A stretch of 60,865 bases of DNA from Proteobacteria bacterium UBA6522 (GCA_002434915.1 DJLG01000177.1:5001-65865), one strand, 5' to 3'; shown: positions 40,227-48,596, counted from the first letter of the stretch. Numbers and translations are program-made. The notes: generated by a model from the letters alone, not told the origin.

Positions 40227-41426
40227 CTAGATCCTTAATGGTAGATCAACAGCAGCACCAGATTCTGAACTCCTATAAACCGCCTCAGTCCACTCCATGT
40301 ACTGTGTACCTGTTTCGAAAGTTGCCATTGTCACTTCTTCCACACCTAGAATTGCGTTAATAAACTCCTCTTCTACCCGATAGAAGGCCTGTTGTTCTGA
40401 AGGATTAGGAAGTTCAGTAAGCTGCATGTCCCCCCGTCGACCAATAAAAATACTCTGGCCACTATCCACACGTCCTGGTGTACCTGCTATGTGGATCGTA
40501 CCTTCGCTGCCGAAAATCCAGGTATGGTTTCCATTCGATAGACCACTAGTTGCACTAAACTTCATATGGACTTGGGCACCATTATCTAGCTCATACAAAA
40601 CATCGACGTGATCCGGAATACTGACAGACTGTAATTCTCCATCTGAGTTACGTCTGCTCGGTACGTGTACCTTTGTCATCGCCATTACTCGATTTCCAGC
40701 ACCAAACCATCGCAGCATCGATTCATAGGTGGACCCGATATTCAAAACGTTATAACCGCTGAACTCCCGATCATGACGCCAATGAAGCTCCCCACCAAAG
40801 TCTGCAAATCGACGCTGGACCCTCTGAATCTCAACTGAAAGTACCTCGCCCACATAAGATTCCTCCAACAAGCGATGCAAAGCTCTATCGATCACATAAC
40901 TGGTAGAAGTGGGCACTAGCTGACAAACAAGGTCTGGGTGTTGTCTGGAAGCTGACAGCATTTCATGAGCCTCTGCCGCAGTATTCGACATGCGCGCCTG
41001 ACACAAAACGTGTTTCCCACTCTCAAGCGCCGCTAATGTAATCATGTGGTGCATGTAAGGCCAAGTACCTATTAACACCGCATCAATCCCATCATCACCT
41101 AATAGCTCTTGCCAGTTAGAATAGGCCCGTGGAATATTGAACTCATCGGCTACCCGTCGACTGGATTGTAAAGATCGGTTTGCAACTGCCACAATTTCAC
41201 ATTCCGGTATTTTTTTAAATCCTGGAATCATTACTTCACGAACGACCGTGCCTGCGCCTATGATGCCCACGCGAATCTTGTCCTCTGTTCGTGGCGTCGC
41301 CGGCTGGGAGTCTTGCGCAAAGAGACTAGGCGTTGCTAATGCAGCTGCTACTGGAATTGCTGCCGAGGAAAGAAATTCTCGGCGCCTCATTTTAGGTTTC
41401 ATGTCGGTTTCGGATTCATCTTTCAT
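40227..41426 (-). CDS. Tat-exported Gfo/Idh/MocA family oxidoreductase
   Basis: 399 aa with the twin-arginine motif MRRREFLSSAA...ALATPSLFA and Rossmann loop VGIIGAGTV. Confidence 0.85.
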   Translation of the reverse strand: MKDESETDMKPKMRRREFLSSAAIPVAAALATPSLFAQDSQPATPRTEDKIRVGIIGAGTVVREVMIPGFKKIPECEIVAVANRSLQSSRRVADEFNIPRAYSNWQELLGDDGIDAVLIGTWPYMHHMITLAALESGKHVLCQARMSNTAAEAHEMLSASRQHPDLVCQLVPTSTSYVIDRALHRLLEESYVGEVLSVEIQRVQRRFADFGGELHWRHDREFSGYNVLNIGSTYESMLRWFGAGNRVMAMTKVHVPSRRNSDGELQSVSIPDHVDVLYELDNGAQVHMKFSATSGLSNGNHTWIFGSEGTIHIAGTPGRVDSGQSIFIGRRGDMQLTELPNPSEQQAFYRVEEEFINAILGVEEVTMATFETGTQYMEWTEAVYRSSESGAAVDLPLRI

Positions 41427-41558
41427 CGGTATAGCCCCATGCTTCTGTTCGTCTCAGAAACTAACAGATTGATAAAATAACTGACAGTCCCACCTAAGAC
41501 TATGCACATGGAACTATATTGTTATTTCGGAAAATTTAGCGGGAGATGAGATTTGAGT

Positions 41559-41684
41559 CTAACACTGCTCTCTAGGCTTAGCCCCATTTACTCGCAATGT
41601 GCGCCTACCAATATCTGTTCCATTTAATTGTGCAACAGATGCTCCACCTTCTTCTTGATACGGATTCCAAAATTTCACGCACAT
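41559..41684 (-). pseudogene. Remnant of an RRM-type RNA-binding protein gene (C-terminal half only)
   Basis: The 41-codon minus-strand ORF reads MCVKFWNPYQEEGGASVAQLNGTDIGRRTLRVNGAKPREQC. The tail ...LNGTDIGRRTLRVNGAKPRE matches the conserved C-terminus of bacterial RRM proteins (LNG..lgGR.L.VNeAkPRE). The RNP1 region is degenerate, and the N-terminal beta1/RNP2 half is missing. Confidence 0.35.
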
Positions 41685-41693
41685 TGCTTTCTG

Positions 41694-41975
41694 TCAATCA
41701 GAGCGACTAGTTACTTCGATCAAGTGATAACCAAACTGGGTTTTTACAGGCCCCTGAACGTCATTTATGGCAGCACTAAAAACAACTGTATCGAATTCTT
41801 GTACCATTTGTCCTGGCCCAAACGAACCCAAATCCCCGCCTCTTTGTCCAGATGGGCAGCTAGAGTGCTCTTGGGCAAGTGCTGCAAAATCTCCGCCCTC
41901 CGCTATCTGATCTTTCAACTGTATGCAGAACTCCTCACTATCGACGAGTATATGTCGAGCCGTTGCCTGTGCCAT
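41694..41975 (-). CDS. ppiC: Parvulin-type peptidyl-prolyl cis-trans isomerase C
   Basis: 93 aa. ARHILV...CPSGQRGGDLG.F..GQMV.EFD...F....GPV.TQFGYHLI is the classic PpiC pattern. A strong SD (GGAGGCAAGG) precedes it. Confidence 0.9.
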   Translation of the reverse strand: MAQATARHILVDSEEFCIQLKDQIAEGGDFAALAQEHSSCPSGQRGGDLGSFGPGQMVQEFDTVVFSAAINDVQGPVKTQFGYHLIEVTSRSD

Positions 41976-42101
41976 CCTTGCCTCCTGTGCATTTAAGTTA
42001 TAACCCCTATCGGGCGCGTGAAGTTACACCTTGTAGAATATTTTTGCCATTCATATTTTCTAAAAAGTCTTTTTAGTTGCAGCCCAAATACAAATTCCGC
42101 T

Positions 42102-42770
42102 TCATTGTTTGATTTTTACAAAGTGACGCCTAAAGATTAAACCAAAGTTATTTGTTGGCATCTCCACAACCTCATCTAAAAACAGCCCTGCACTTTGTCC
42201 TAGTTTTTCTAAGTTTTCCAAATCTCTTACACCCCAAGCAGAATTTTTCTGCCTCAACTGTCTATCAAAAGACTCATTGCTCGGCGCAGTATGAGCCCCA
42301 TACCGACGATAAGGCCCATACAAAAAAAGAACTCCTGCATCCGACAACACTTCTTCTGAACCCTTGATAAGTTCTTTAGCTGCTTCCCAGGGCGCAACAT
42401 GAACCATATTGCTACATAAAACCATATCTACTTGCGTAACAGGCCAAGGTCTTGTCATTACATCTAAATCCAGGGGGCTTTTGATATTAGCGAGCTTCGC
42501 CCGATCCATTCTGGCCTGTATGGAAACACGAAAATCAGGGTCTGGGTCAGAAGGAATCCAGTCTAGACTGTCTAAGGCGGAAGCAAAATGGACAATATGC
42601 TGTCCTGTACCGCTGGCCACCTCCAGCACTTTTCCAGCAGATGGAACACACGCTTTTAGCGCCTCAAGAATCGCTTCTTTATTGCGCTCGGCAGCTGGCA
42701 TGCTCCAAAGACCAGCAGGATTTTTAGTGCCATAGGGCCTATTCATATCAAACTCTGTACTAATCACCAT
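42102..42770 (-). CDS. DUF938 family class I SAM-dependent methyltransferase
   Basis: 222 aa. AAERNKEAILEAL..., VLEVASGTGQH, and the C-terminal MPTNNFGLIFRR are typical of DUF938. An alternative start is Met at 42746. Confidence 0.8.
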   Translation of the reverse strand: MVISTEFDMNRPYGTKNPAGLWSMPAAERNKEAILEALKACVPSAGKVLEVASGTGQHIVHFASALDSLDWIPSDPDPDFRVSIQARMDRAKLANIKSPLDLDVMTRPWPVTQVDMVLCSNMVHVAPWEAAKELIKGSEEVLSDAGVLFLYGPYRRYGAHTAPSNESFDRQLRQKNSAWGVRDLENLEKLGQSAGLFLDEVVEMPTNNFGLIFRRHFVKIKQ

Positions 42771-42787
42771 AAAATTTTTAGTTTATG

Positions 42788-43051
42788 CTACCTCTTAGCT
42801 CTGTTGGCTGCCGTGACTATTGCAGCAGCTAAAAGCGCTATGCCAACCGAAACCCCAATAGCTGCCCCAACAGAGGCCCCAATACCGGGCACACCAAAAA
42901 AAGCGCCAAATATTATGCCAAATATAACGCCGATAATTACCCCAGCAGGGAGCGCAGCAACGCCCCAAACTGGAAAAAATTTCTCACGATTTAGCCTAGC
43001 TCGTTGTTCTATCAAATCTTTCACTCTGTTGAGTCCACCCAGGAAGCCCAA
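42788..43051 (-). CDS. Small glycine-zipper membrane protein (hypothetical)
   Basis: 87 aa with GxxxG-rich hydrophobic segments (GVIIGVIFGIIFGAFFGVPGIGASVGAAIGVSVG). It overlaps the upstream thioesterase gene by 31 nt. Confidence 0.5.
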   Translation of the reverse strand: MGFLGGLNRVKDLIEQRARLNREKFFPVWGVAALPAGVIIGVIFGIIFGAFFGVPGIGASVGAAIGVSVGIALLAAAIVTAANRAKR

Positions 43052-43536
43052 CCTTCTGGCAGTTTTTTAACCCCTAACACAGACATGAATTTCTTAGGGC
43101 TCAACGGCACAATCTTATACTGGCCGTTTACTAATAAATCACCTGATTCATTTCTTGCGTCATTGTGAACGGTTTGAATCCTTCCTGCTTCGGCTAGATT
43201 CGGTATGGTTGCTGAAAGATATAGAGGTTCACCTTCTCTCGCAGGACGATGATATGTGACTTGTGCCGACCTCAGGAGCCAAAGCGCCTTCGGCCCTTTT
43301 GTGAGCATCATCCCCGACCAGCAAGCTATACAATCAAGAGCTGTAAAAACAATGCCACCATGTGTAATACCGGGAAATCCGATTAAAGAAGGGTCCGGCA
43401 AAAAGATCCCTATGATTTTTTTTGGGTCGTTCGGGTCATAATTAACCTTTAGCTGTAACCCTTGGCTATTGGACGGACCACATCCAAAACACACACTATC
43501 AGCAATGAATCTATCGTTTAGCGCTTGCTCTGACAA
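43021..43536 (-). CDS. PaaI-family hotdog-fold thioesterase
   Basis: 171 aa, TTG start, with CFGCGPSN and the GITHGGIVFTALDC motif. Confidence 0.8.
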   Translation of the reverse strand: MSEQALNDRFIADSVCFGCGPSNSQGLQLKVNYDPNDPKKIIGIFLPDPSLIGFPGITHGGIVFTALDCIACWSGMMLTKGPKALWLLRSAQVTYHRPAREGEPLYLSATIPNLAEAGRIQTVHNDARNESGDLLVNGQYKIVPLSPKKFMSVLGVKKLPEGWASWVDSTE

Positions 43537-43549
43537 AGCATTTACTCCA

Positions 43550-43786
43550 TTAATTCTTTGATTGCATCGCTATCCTGAGAAACTTTATTATTTCTTCGTC
43601 AGCTGGAAAGCGCCCTTCCTTGTCTTTTGAAAAAATAAATTCGCTATTAAAAAAAATATCGAATACACCATTACTTCCCTCAATGAGCCTCACATCGATA
43701 GCTAATTCTTTCTTTATTTTTGCCTCCAGACCGGCGGCAACTGAAAGATAATTTCAACGCCCACAATATTTAATTATGACACTCAT
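43550..43786 (-). CDS. SelW/SelT/SelH (Rdx) family selenoprotein, with Sec encoded by in-frame TGA at 43754..43756
   Basis: Not in the ORF track. The minus strand reads ATG(43786) MSVIIKYCGR-U-NYLSVAAGLEAKIKKELAIDVRLIEGSNGVFDIFFNSEFIFSKDKEGRFPADEEIIKFLRIAMQSKN, ending at TAA (43550..43552). The TGA falls at the second redox position of the CxxU/CxxC motif. GxF(D/E)I...IFSK...GRFP is typical of the family. A SECIS-like hairpin follows. Confidence 0.8.
43712..43747 (-). promoter_or_regulatory. Bacterial SECIS-like stem-loop downstream of the UGA
   Basis: The mRNA reads UGA-AAUUAU-CUUU-CAG-UUGCCGCC-GGUCU-GGAGGCAA-AAAU-AAAG. The upper stem (43733..43740 with 43720..43727) forms 7 of 8 bp. The loop is GGUCU and starts 24 nt after the U of the UGA. 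A lower 4-bp stem pairs CUUU with AAAG. Confidence 0.5.
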
Positions 43787-43794
43787 GACTCACC

Positions 43795-44157
43795 TCACCC
43801 ATTTAATAGAATTCCAATAGTCTTCAAAGATAGTAAAGCCATAAAAATGAATAGTCCGGTCGTTGTGAGCGCCATAATCCATTTGGCCACTATTGACAAC
43901 TTATATCTCATTCTATCAATAAACGTTATGCCTAATTCCATCTCTTCTATGGGAGTAGAAAACATCTGTCCCACTACTAACAGGGACAGCATCCATAACA
44001 TTATTACGATGGAAATTAGCGAAAAAGTCTGGGTTCCATAAGGCCCCACATAAAACAAAAGCCCAAGAAATACGCAAATAGATCCTAATGCCAAACCCCA
44101 GATTATGAGTCTATTAGCATAAAGATGTCGGCCAAGAAAACTATAAAATTTAAGCAT
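43795..44157 (-). CDS. Hypothetical multi-pass membrane protein
   Basis: 120 aa with three to four hydrophobic helices and no recognised family. It ends 8 nt before the SelW-like start codon. Confidence 0.5.
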   Translation of the reverse strand: MLKFYSFLGRHLYANRLIIWGLALGSICVFLGLLFYVGPYGTQTFSLISIVIMLWMLSLLVVGQMFSTPIEEMELGITFIDRMRYKLSIVAKWIMALTTTGLFIFMALLSLKTIGILLNG

Positions 44158-44227
44158 GGACTTTCCTTTGCGCTATTTTCTTCCTTGTTTTATGAGGCTT
44201 TTGGTCATTTAATATATCAAGCCAAAC

Positions 44228-44719
44228 CTAGTCTAAAAGCAATTCATAAAGACACACATCTAAAGTTTTGCCAAACTTCTTGCCTACTTCCCTAAGAAAG
44301 CCAACATGGCTAAAACCCAAACTTCTACTGATGTGGATACTTGCTTCAGATCCCTCTGTTATTTGAGCGAGTAGAGCATGAAACCCTATTAAGCGTGCTG
44401 CACTAATAATTTCTCTCATCAAAGCCGTGCCAATCCCCTTACCTTGATGATTGATATTTACATAGAAGGAAATTTCTGCGGTGTCTTTGAAAGCATCGCG
44501 TTTCGACCAAGGCGATAGAGATGCCCAACCAACGACAACCTTGTTGAGCTCTGCCACATATAAGGGATACCTAGTACCTGTATGCTCTTCGAACCATTGT
44601 GCTTGTTGATTAATTAGTCTTGGATAAACATCAAAAGTGGCTGTTGTTGTTTTAATTGCTTCGTTATAAATGGCTGTTATTGAATCTAGATCGTCAATCC
44701 TAGCTAAGCGAATTTCCAT
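44228..44719 (-). CDS. GNAT N-acetyltransferase (phosphinothricin/methionine-sulfoximine acetyltransferase-like)
   Basis: 163 aa. IYNEAI...TATF...W and the acetyl-CoA loop QGKGIGTALM are present. Confidence 0.83.
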   Translation of the reverse strand: MEIRLARIDDLDSITAIYNEAIKTTTATFDVYPRLINQQAQWFEEHTGTRYPLYVAELNKVVVGWASLSPWSKRDAFKDTAEISFYVNINHQGKGIGTALMREIISAARLIGFHALLAQITEGSEASIHISRSLGFSHVGFLREVGKKFGKTLDVCLYELLLD

Positions 44720-44776
44720 CTTCTTATAGTTTCTTAATAAAAGTTTTTTCTGACAGCCTATTTGATAGTACCCATA

Positions 44777-46069
44777 TCAATGCATGTTGATGCTCTCACT
44801 GTGATTGAACCCGATGATACGAAGCGCTTCTTGAAGCTGACTATCATCACTTAACTCAATATCGCTATCCATACCACGATACTGACGCTTTGGGTGTTGC
44901 GCTGCCACAATAAAATCCGGCTTAATTCCCGTGCCATTTATAGAATCTCCAGAAGGCGTGAAATAATGCGAGGTGGTTAACTTTAAGGCTTCACCATTTA
45001 ATAGAGGGATAACTGTCTGGACGGAGCCTTTACCATAAGTCTGTTCTCCAACTAGGTGCGCACGATCATGGTCTCTCAAAGCTGCAGCAACAATCTCCGA
45101 AGCAGACGCAGACCCATTATTTACCAGTACTGCAACATCTATCCCTGAGAAAGTGTCGCCTGGTGTTGCATATTTTTCAAAACTCGCATCTTTCATGCGT
45201 CCACCAACACGCACAATCAATCCTTGTTCAAGAAAAGCGTCTGCCACTTCAACAGCTGCGTCTAAAACACCGCCAGGATTATTCCGAAGGTCTAGAATAA
45301 TCCCGCTTAATTCATTGCCGTCGCCCAAAACACTAAACGCCTCTTCAAGCTCTTTCCCAGTGCTGTCTGAAAACCCCATAAGCCTTATGTAGCCATAACC
45401 TCCACCAAGGTGCTCAGCTCTTACTGTCTTAACCTGAATATCTGCCCTAGTTAAAGCAAAGTGTAATGTTTCATCCAGCCCCTTTCTCTTTAATTCTAAA
45501 GTAACCGGTGTTCCTGATTGCCCGCGCATTCTGTTTACAGTTGCTTCTGTGTTTTCTATATCTACAGGCACATCGTTGACTGATATCACAATATCGCCTG
45601 ACAGAATTCCAGCCCGCTGTGCTGGAGTGCCGTCTAACGGCGCAACAACTCTTACTTGGCCATCCTCAAGACTAATATCAAGACCAACTCCAGCATATTG
45701 TCCAGTTGCACTTATCCGAATGCCCTCATAATCGTCGGCACTTAAAAAGCGGGAATGGCTATCAAGGCCTTCCAACATTCCGCCTATAGCCTTTTCTATC
45801 AGCGTAGAACCATCTAGCTCATCTACATACTCGTCACGAAGGCTTTCAAACACTTCGCCCAGAAGGCTAATCTGATCTTCGGATAATCGGTTGGACGAAA
45901 AATCAGTGTATCTATTGCCTTCTTTAAGCAAATACCCACCCGCAGAGGCCGCAAATCCGGCCACAGCGCCAAGCATCATCATTAAAATAATTCTACCTTT
46001 CAATAACATAGATAGAACACACCCTTGTTTCTGGACTGGGCACCTTAGCACACGAAAATAGCTCCTCAA
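44777..46069 (-). CDS. ctpA: Carboxy-terminal processing protease (S41 family)
   Basis: PDZ region (GILSGDIVISVND) and S41 catalytic region (NNGSASASEI ... TYGKGSVQ) are present. The Met at 46009 (MLLKGRIILMMMLG) is an alternative start. Confidence 0.88.
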   Translation of the reverse strand: MRSYFRVLRCPVQKQGCVLSMLLKGRIILMMMLGAVAGFAASAGGYLLKEGNRYTDFSSNRLSEDQISLLGEVFESLRDEYVDELDGSTLIEKAIGGMLEGLDSHSRFLSADDYEGIRISATGQYAGVGLDISLEDGQVRVVAPLDGTPAQRAGILSGDIVISVNDVPVDIENTEATVNRMRGQSGTPVTLELKRKGLDETLHFALTRADIQVKTVRAEHLGGGYGYIRLMGFSDSTGKELEEAFSVLGDGNELSGIILDLRNNPGGVLDAAVEVADAFLEQGLIVRVGGRMKDASFEKYATPGDTFSGIDVAVLVNNGSASASEIVAAALRDHDRAHLVGEQTYGKGSVQTVIPLLNGEALKLTTSHYFTPSGDSINGTGIKPDFIVAAQHPKRQYRGMDSDIELSDDSQLQEALRIIGFNHSESINMH

Positions 46070-46080
46070 ATATTCTCATG

Positions 46081-47244
46081 CTATCTTTGATTTGATGGAG
46101 CCAACCATAGGCCCGGATCCATGGGCAATCCTTCATGTCGAATTTCAAAATATAGCGCTTGGCGGGCCTGGCCCCCAGAATCGCCTGCCTGTGCAATTGC
46201 TTCGCCCGGAGCCACCCAGTCTCCAGATTCCTTCAATATAGTTTCATTGTGTCCATAAAGACTCATGTAGCCATCGCCATGATCAACTATCACTAACAGC
46301 CCAAGCCCAGGCAACCAGTCTGCATATGCCACACGGCCTTGATGTATAGCCCTGACAGGGGTCCCTGATGGCGCGCCAATAAGCACGCCATTCCATGTCA
46401 ACTGACCTTCTTCACGTGAATCTCCATAGTTGTTGATAAGAGGTCCAGAAACAGGCCAAAGCAAAGTGCCTTTAATGCGTTCAAAATCTACATCTAAATC
46501 AATAGGAAAGTCAGACAGTAGTGCCCTAACCTCTTCAATAACCTGCCTGAGCCTTTCTTCCTCTTCGCGTAATCGTGCGATATCGCCACCTGCGCCTAAT
46601 ATGTCTGTCTCAATACGACTAATAGCTATTTGGCGCTCTTGACGAGCGCCTTCAAGCTCTAATAACTCTGTCTTTTGGGCGTCCTCCAAGCTTATAAGAC
46701 GCGAAAGAGAGTCGCGACTATTGCTCTCTAGCTCGGCTAAGTTAGCAGTCTCTGTGATGAAAATATTGACTCGTTCTCTTCGAGCTCGATTAAGATAATC
46801 ATAATAGATCATCATTCTGCCCAAGCGCGCCGGATTCTCCTGATTCAGGAGTAGCTTTAATTTTTCCTGTCTACCAGATAGATAGTTCATACGAACCTGG
46901 TTGGACAAGGCATCGCTCTCTCTAATGAGCTGCGCCTCAGCTGCCTCTATCTCAAGCCCCAAGGCCTGGGTTTGTTCTTGTTGGCCCCTAAGCTCTTCTT
47001 GAATAACCCTCAATTTTGTGGAACTAGATGATATTTCTACTTCTACTTGCCTTAACGCGCGGTGATTTCTATCACGCTCCACATTCTGCTCGGCTAGCTT
47101 CTCTTCTAACGTTCTGATCTGGTTGCGTACAACCTCTAAACTTTCTTCCTCAGGAGATTGCGCTACAGCAAAACAGACGATACAACACCACATTACCGCA
47201 AAAGCTTGAATATCTATCAGGTAACTATGCTTTTTTTCGTTCAT
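46081..47244 (-). CDS. envC: Murein hydrolase activator EnvC-like (coiled coil plus M23/LytM domain)
   Basis: 387 aa with a long coiled-coil N-terminal half. The C-terminal LytM domain reads GLLVIVDHGDGYMSLYGHN. Confidence 0.85.
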   Translation of the reverse strand: MNEKKHSYLIDIQAFAVMWCCIVCFAVAQSPEEESLEVVRNQIRTLEEKLAEQNVERDRNHRALRQVEVEISSSSTKLRVIQEELRGQQEQTQALGLEIEAAEAQLIRESDALSNQVRMNYLSGRQEKLKLLLNQENPARLGRMMIYYDYLNRARRERVNIFITETANLAELESNSRDSLSRLISLEDAQKTELLELEGARQERQIAISRIETDILGAGGDIARLREEEERLRQVIEEVRALLSDFPIDLDVDFERIKGTLLWPVSGPLINNYGDSREEGQLTWNGVLIGAPSGTPVRAIHQGRVAYADWLPGLGLLVIVDHGDGYMSLYGHNETILKESGDWVAPGEAIAQAGDSGGQARQALYFEIRHEGLPMDPGLWLAPSNQR

Positions 47245-47332
47245 GGCGTAGTACAGTTTAGCGAGTGAATTTTATAAATGCTCGGCTGTTATACTCTCGC
47301 GCCCTGGATTTGCAGTACCTTCGGAGAAATAA

Positions 47333-47749
47333 ATGGACCAACTGGTAGAATTTGCAGATAACAACAGGCTTCTTGTTCTAGCGCTGCTGGCTTCATGGGC
47401 AGGGGTTATGTTTTACGAAATGAAGCTCAAAGCTACTACGCTTTCTCAGGTTTCCACTACAGATGCCGTTCGCATTATCAATAAAGGCGCCACTATTATT
47501 GATGTACGGACTGATGATGCATATGACGGAGGACACATTGTGAATGCTAAGAATATTACGCTTAGCTCTATTCAAGCTGACCAAAATGTATACAAAAAAA
47601 AGAATAAACTACTATTAACCGTCTGTGAAAATGGCATCAACTCTAGTAAAGCAGCAAACCTTCTGCGTAAGGCTGGGTTTGAAAACGCTTTTAGCCTTAA
47701 AGGTGGGCTACGACAATGGCGTACCGATAATATGACACTGGTCAAATGA
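47333..47749 (+). CDS. Rhodanese-domain membrane protein (YibN-like)
   Basis: 138 aa with an N-terminal TM helix and an active-site loop around CENGINS. Confidence 0.8.
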   Translation: MDQLVEFADNNRLLVLALLASWAGVMFYEMKLKATTLSQVSTTDAVRIINKGATIIDVRTDDAYDGGHIVNAKNITLSSIQADQNVYKKKNKLLLTVCENGINSSKAANLLRKAGFENAFSLKGGLRQWRTDNMTLVK

Positions 47750-48027
47750 ACGCAGACGGCCCAAGCTCTAGCCATGTTGTTATCTATTCTTCGCCTCTCT
47801 GTGGATATTGCGAAGCAGCGGTGCGTCTTCTAAAAATGAAGGAAGCAGTATTTCTTGAGATAAATGTGTTACAAAACCCACGGAGCAAGGAAGAGATGGT
47901 TAAACTAAGCGGACGGAAAACTGTCCCTCAAATCTTTATTGGCGGACAACCGATCGGCGGTTACACCGAACTAAATGAATTAGAAATGACAGGAAAATTA
48001 AGCTCACTACTGGTAGAAGCGTCCTAA
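47746..48027 (+). CDS. grxC: Glutaredoxin 3
   Basis: 93 aa with active site CGYC and TVPQIFIGG..IGG. An ATGA overlap joins it to the rhodanese gene. Confidence 0.88.
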   Translation: MNADGPSSSHVVIYSSPLCGYCEAAVRLLKMKEAVFLEINVLQNPRSKEEMVKLSGRKTVPQIFIGGQPIGGYTELNELEMTGKLSSLLVEAS

Positions 48028-48087
48028 CGACATTACGATCACTACAAAACCTAATTAGCTCATTATATTACGGAGACTCTCAAGCAC

Positions 48088-48579
48088 ATGACAGAAAAAA
48101 AGTCTGCGGACAATCAAAACAAACAGCTTGTGTTACAGAAAATCTATATTAAGGATTTCTCTTTTGAATCACCTAGGGCACCTGAGATATTCAAAGCTGA
48201 TATGTCTCCACAAACTGAACTAAATATTAGGTCAAGCTCTAAGGAAGTAGGAGAAAATGCTCAAGAGGTTAGCCTTACCCTTACTGTCGAAGCCAAAGAA
48301 AACGATAAGGCACTGTTTCTGGTAGAACTAGAGCAAGCTGGTGTATTTATTATGCAAGGCTATACGGAAGAGGAGCGCCAGATGCTGGTTGGAAGCTACT
48401 GCCCTAATGCGTTGTACCCCTTTGCTCGGGAGGCTGTTTCTGATGTGGTCACACGTGGTGGTTTTCCACAATTATTGTTGCAGCCCATTAATTTTGATGC
48501 TCTTTACGCTAAAGCGATGCAAGAACAGTCGCAAAAAAATGGCGATCAAAGCTCAGCCCCTTCCAAGGCTACTCATTAG
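48088..48579 (+). CDS. secB: Protein-export chaperone SecB
   Basis: 163 aa. LQKIYIKDFSFE.P and CPN.LYPFAREAVSD...GGFP.L.L.P.NF are present, with an acidic C-terminal tail. Confidence 0.92.
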   Translation: MTEKKSADNQNKQLVLQKIYIKDFSFESPRAPEIFKADMSPQTELNIRSSSKEVGENAQEVSLTLTVEAKENDKALFLVELEQAGVFIMQGYTEEERQMLVGSYCPNALYPFAREAVSDVVTRGGFPQLLLQPINFDALYAKAMQEQSQKNGDQSSAPSKATH

Positions 48580-48596
48580 GTAGCTGAGCTACTTCC

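Noticed and set aside
41694-41696. ppiC TGA as a possible selenocysteine or readthrough codon fusing PpiC to the downstream RRM-like peptide (same frame)
   Set aside because: I saw no SECIS-like hairpin directly downstream and no redox-motif context. PpiC is full length at this stop. Sharing a frame has a one-in-three chance expectation.
41628-41996. 122-aa plus-strand ORF spanning the ppiC locus
   Set aside because: It overlaps ppiC antisense, and ppiC has a strong SD and a classical parvulin sequence. It is Cys/Leu/Phe-rich with no motif. The real signal in the non-ppiC part of this region is the minus-strand RRM remnant.
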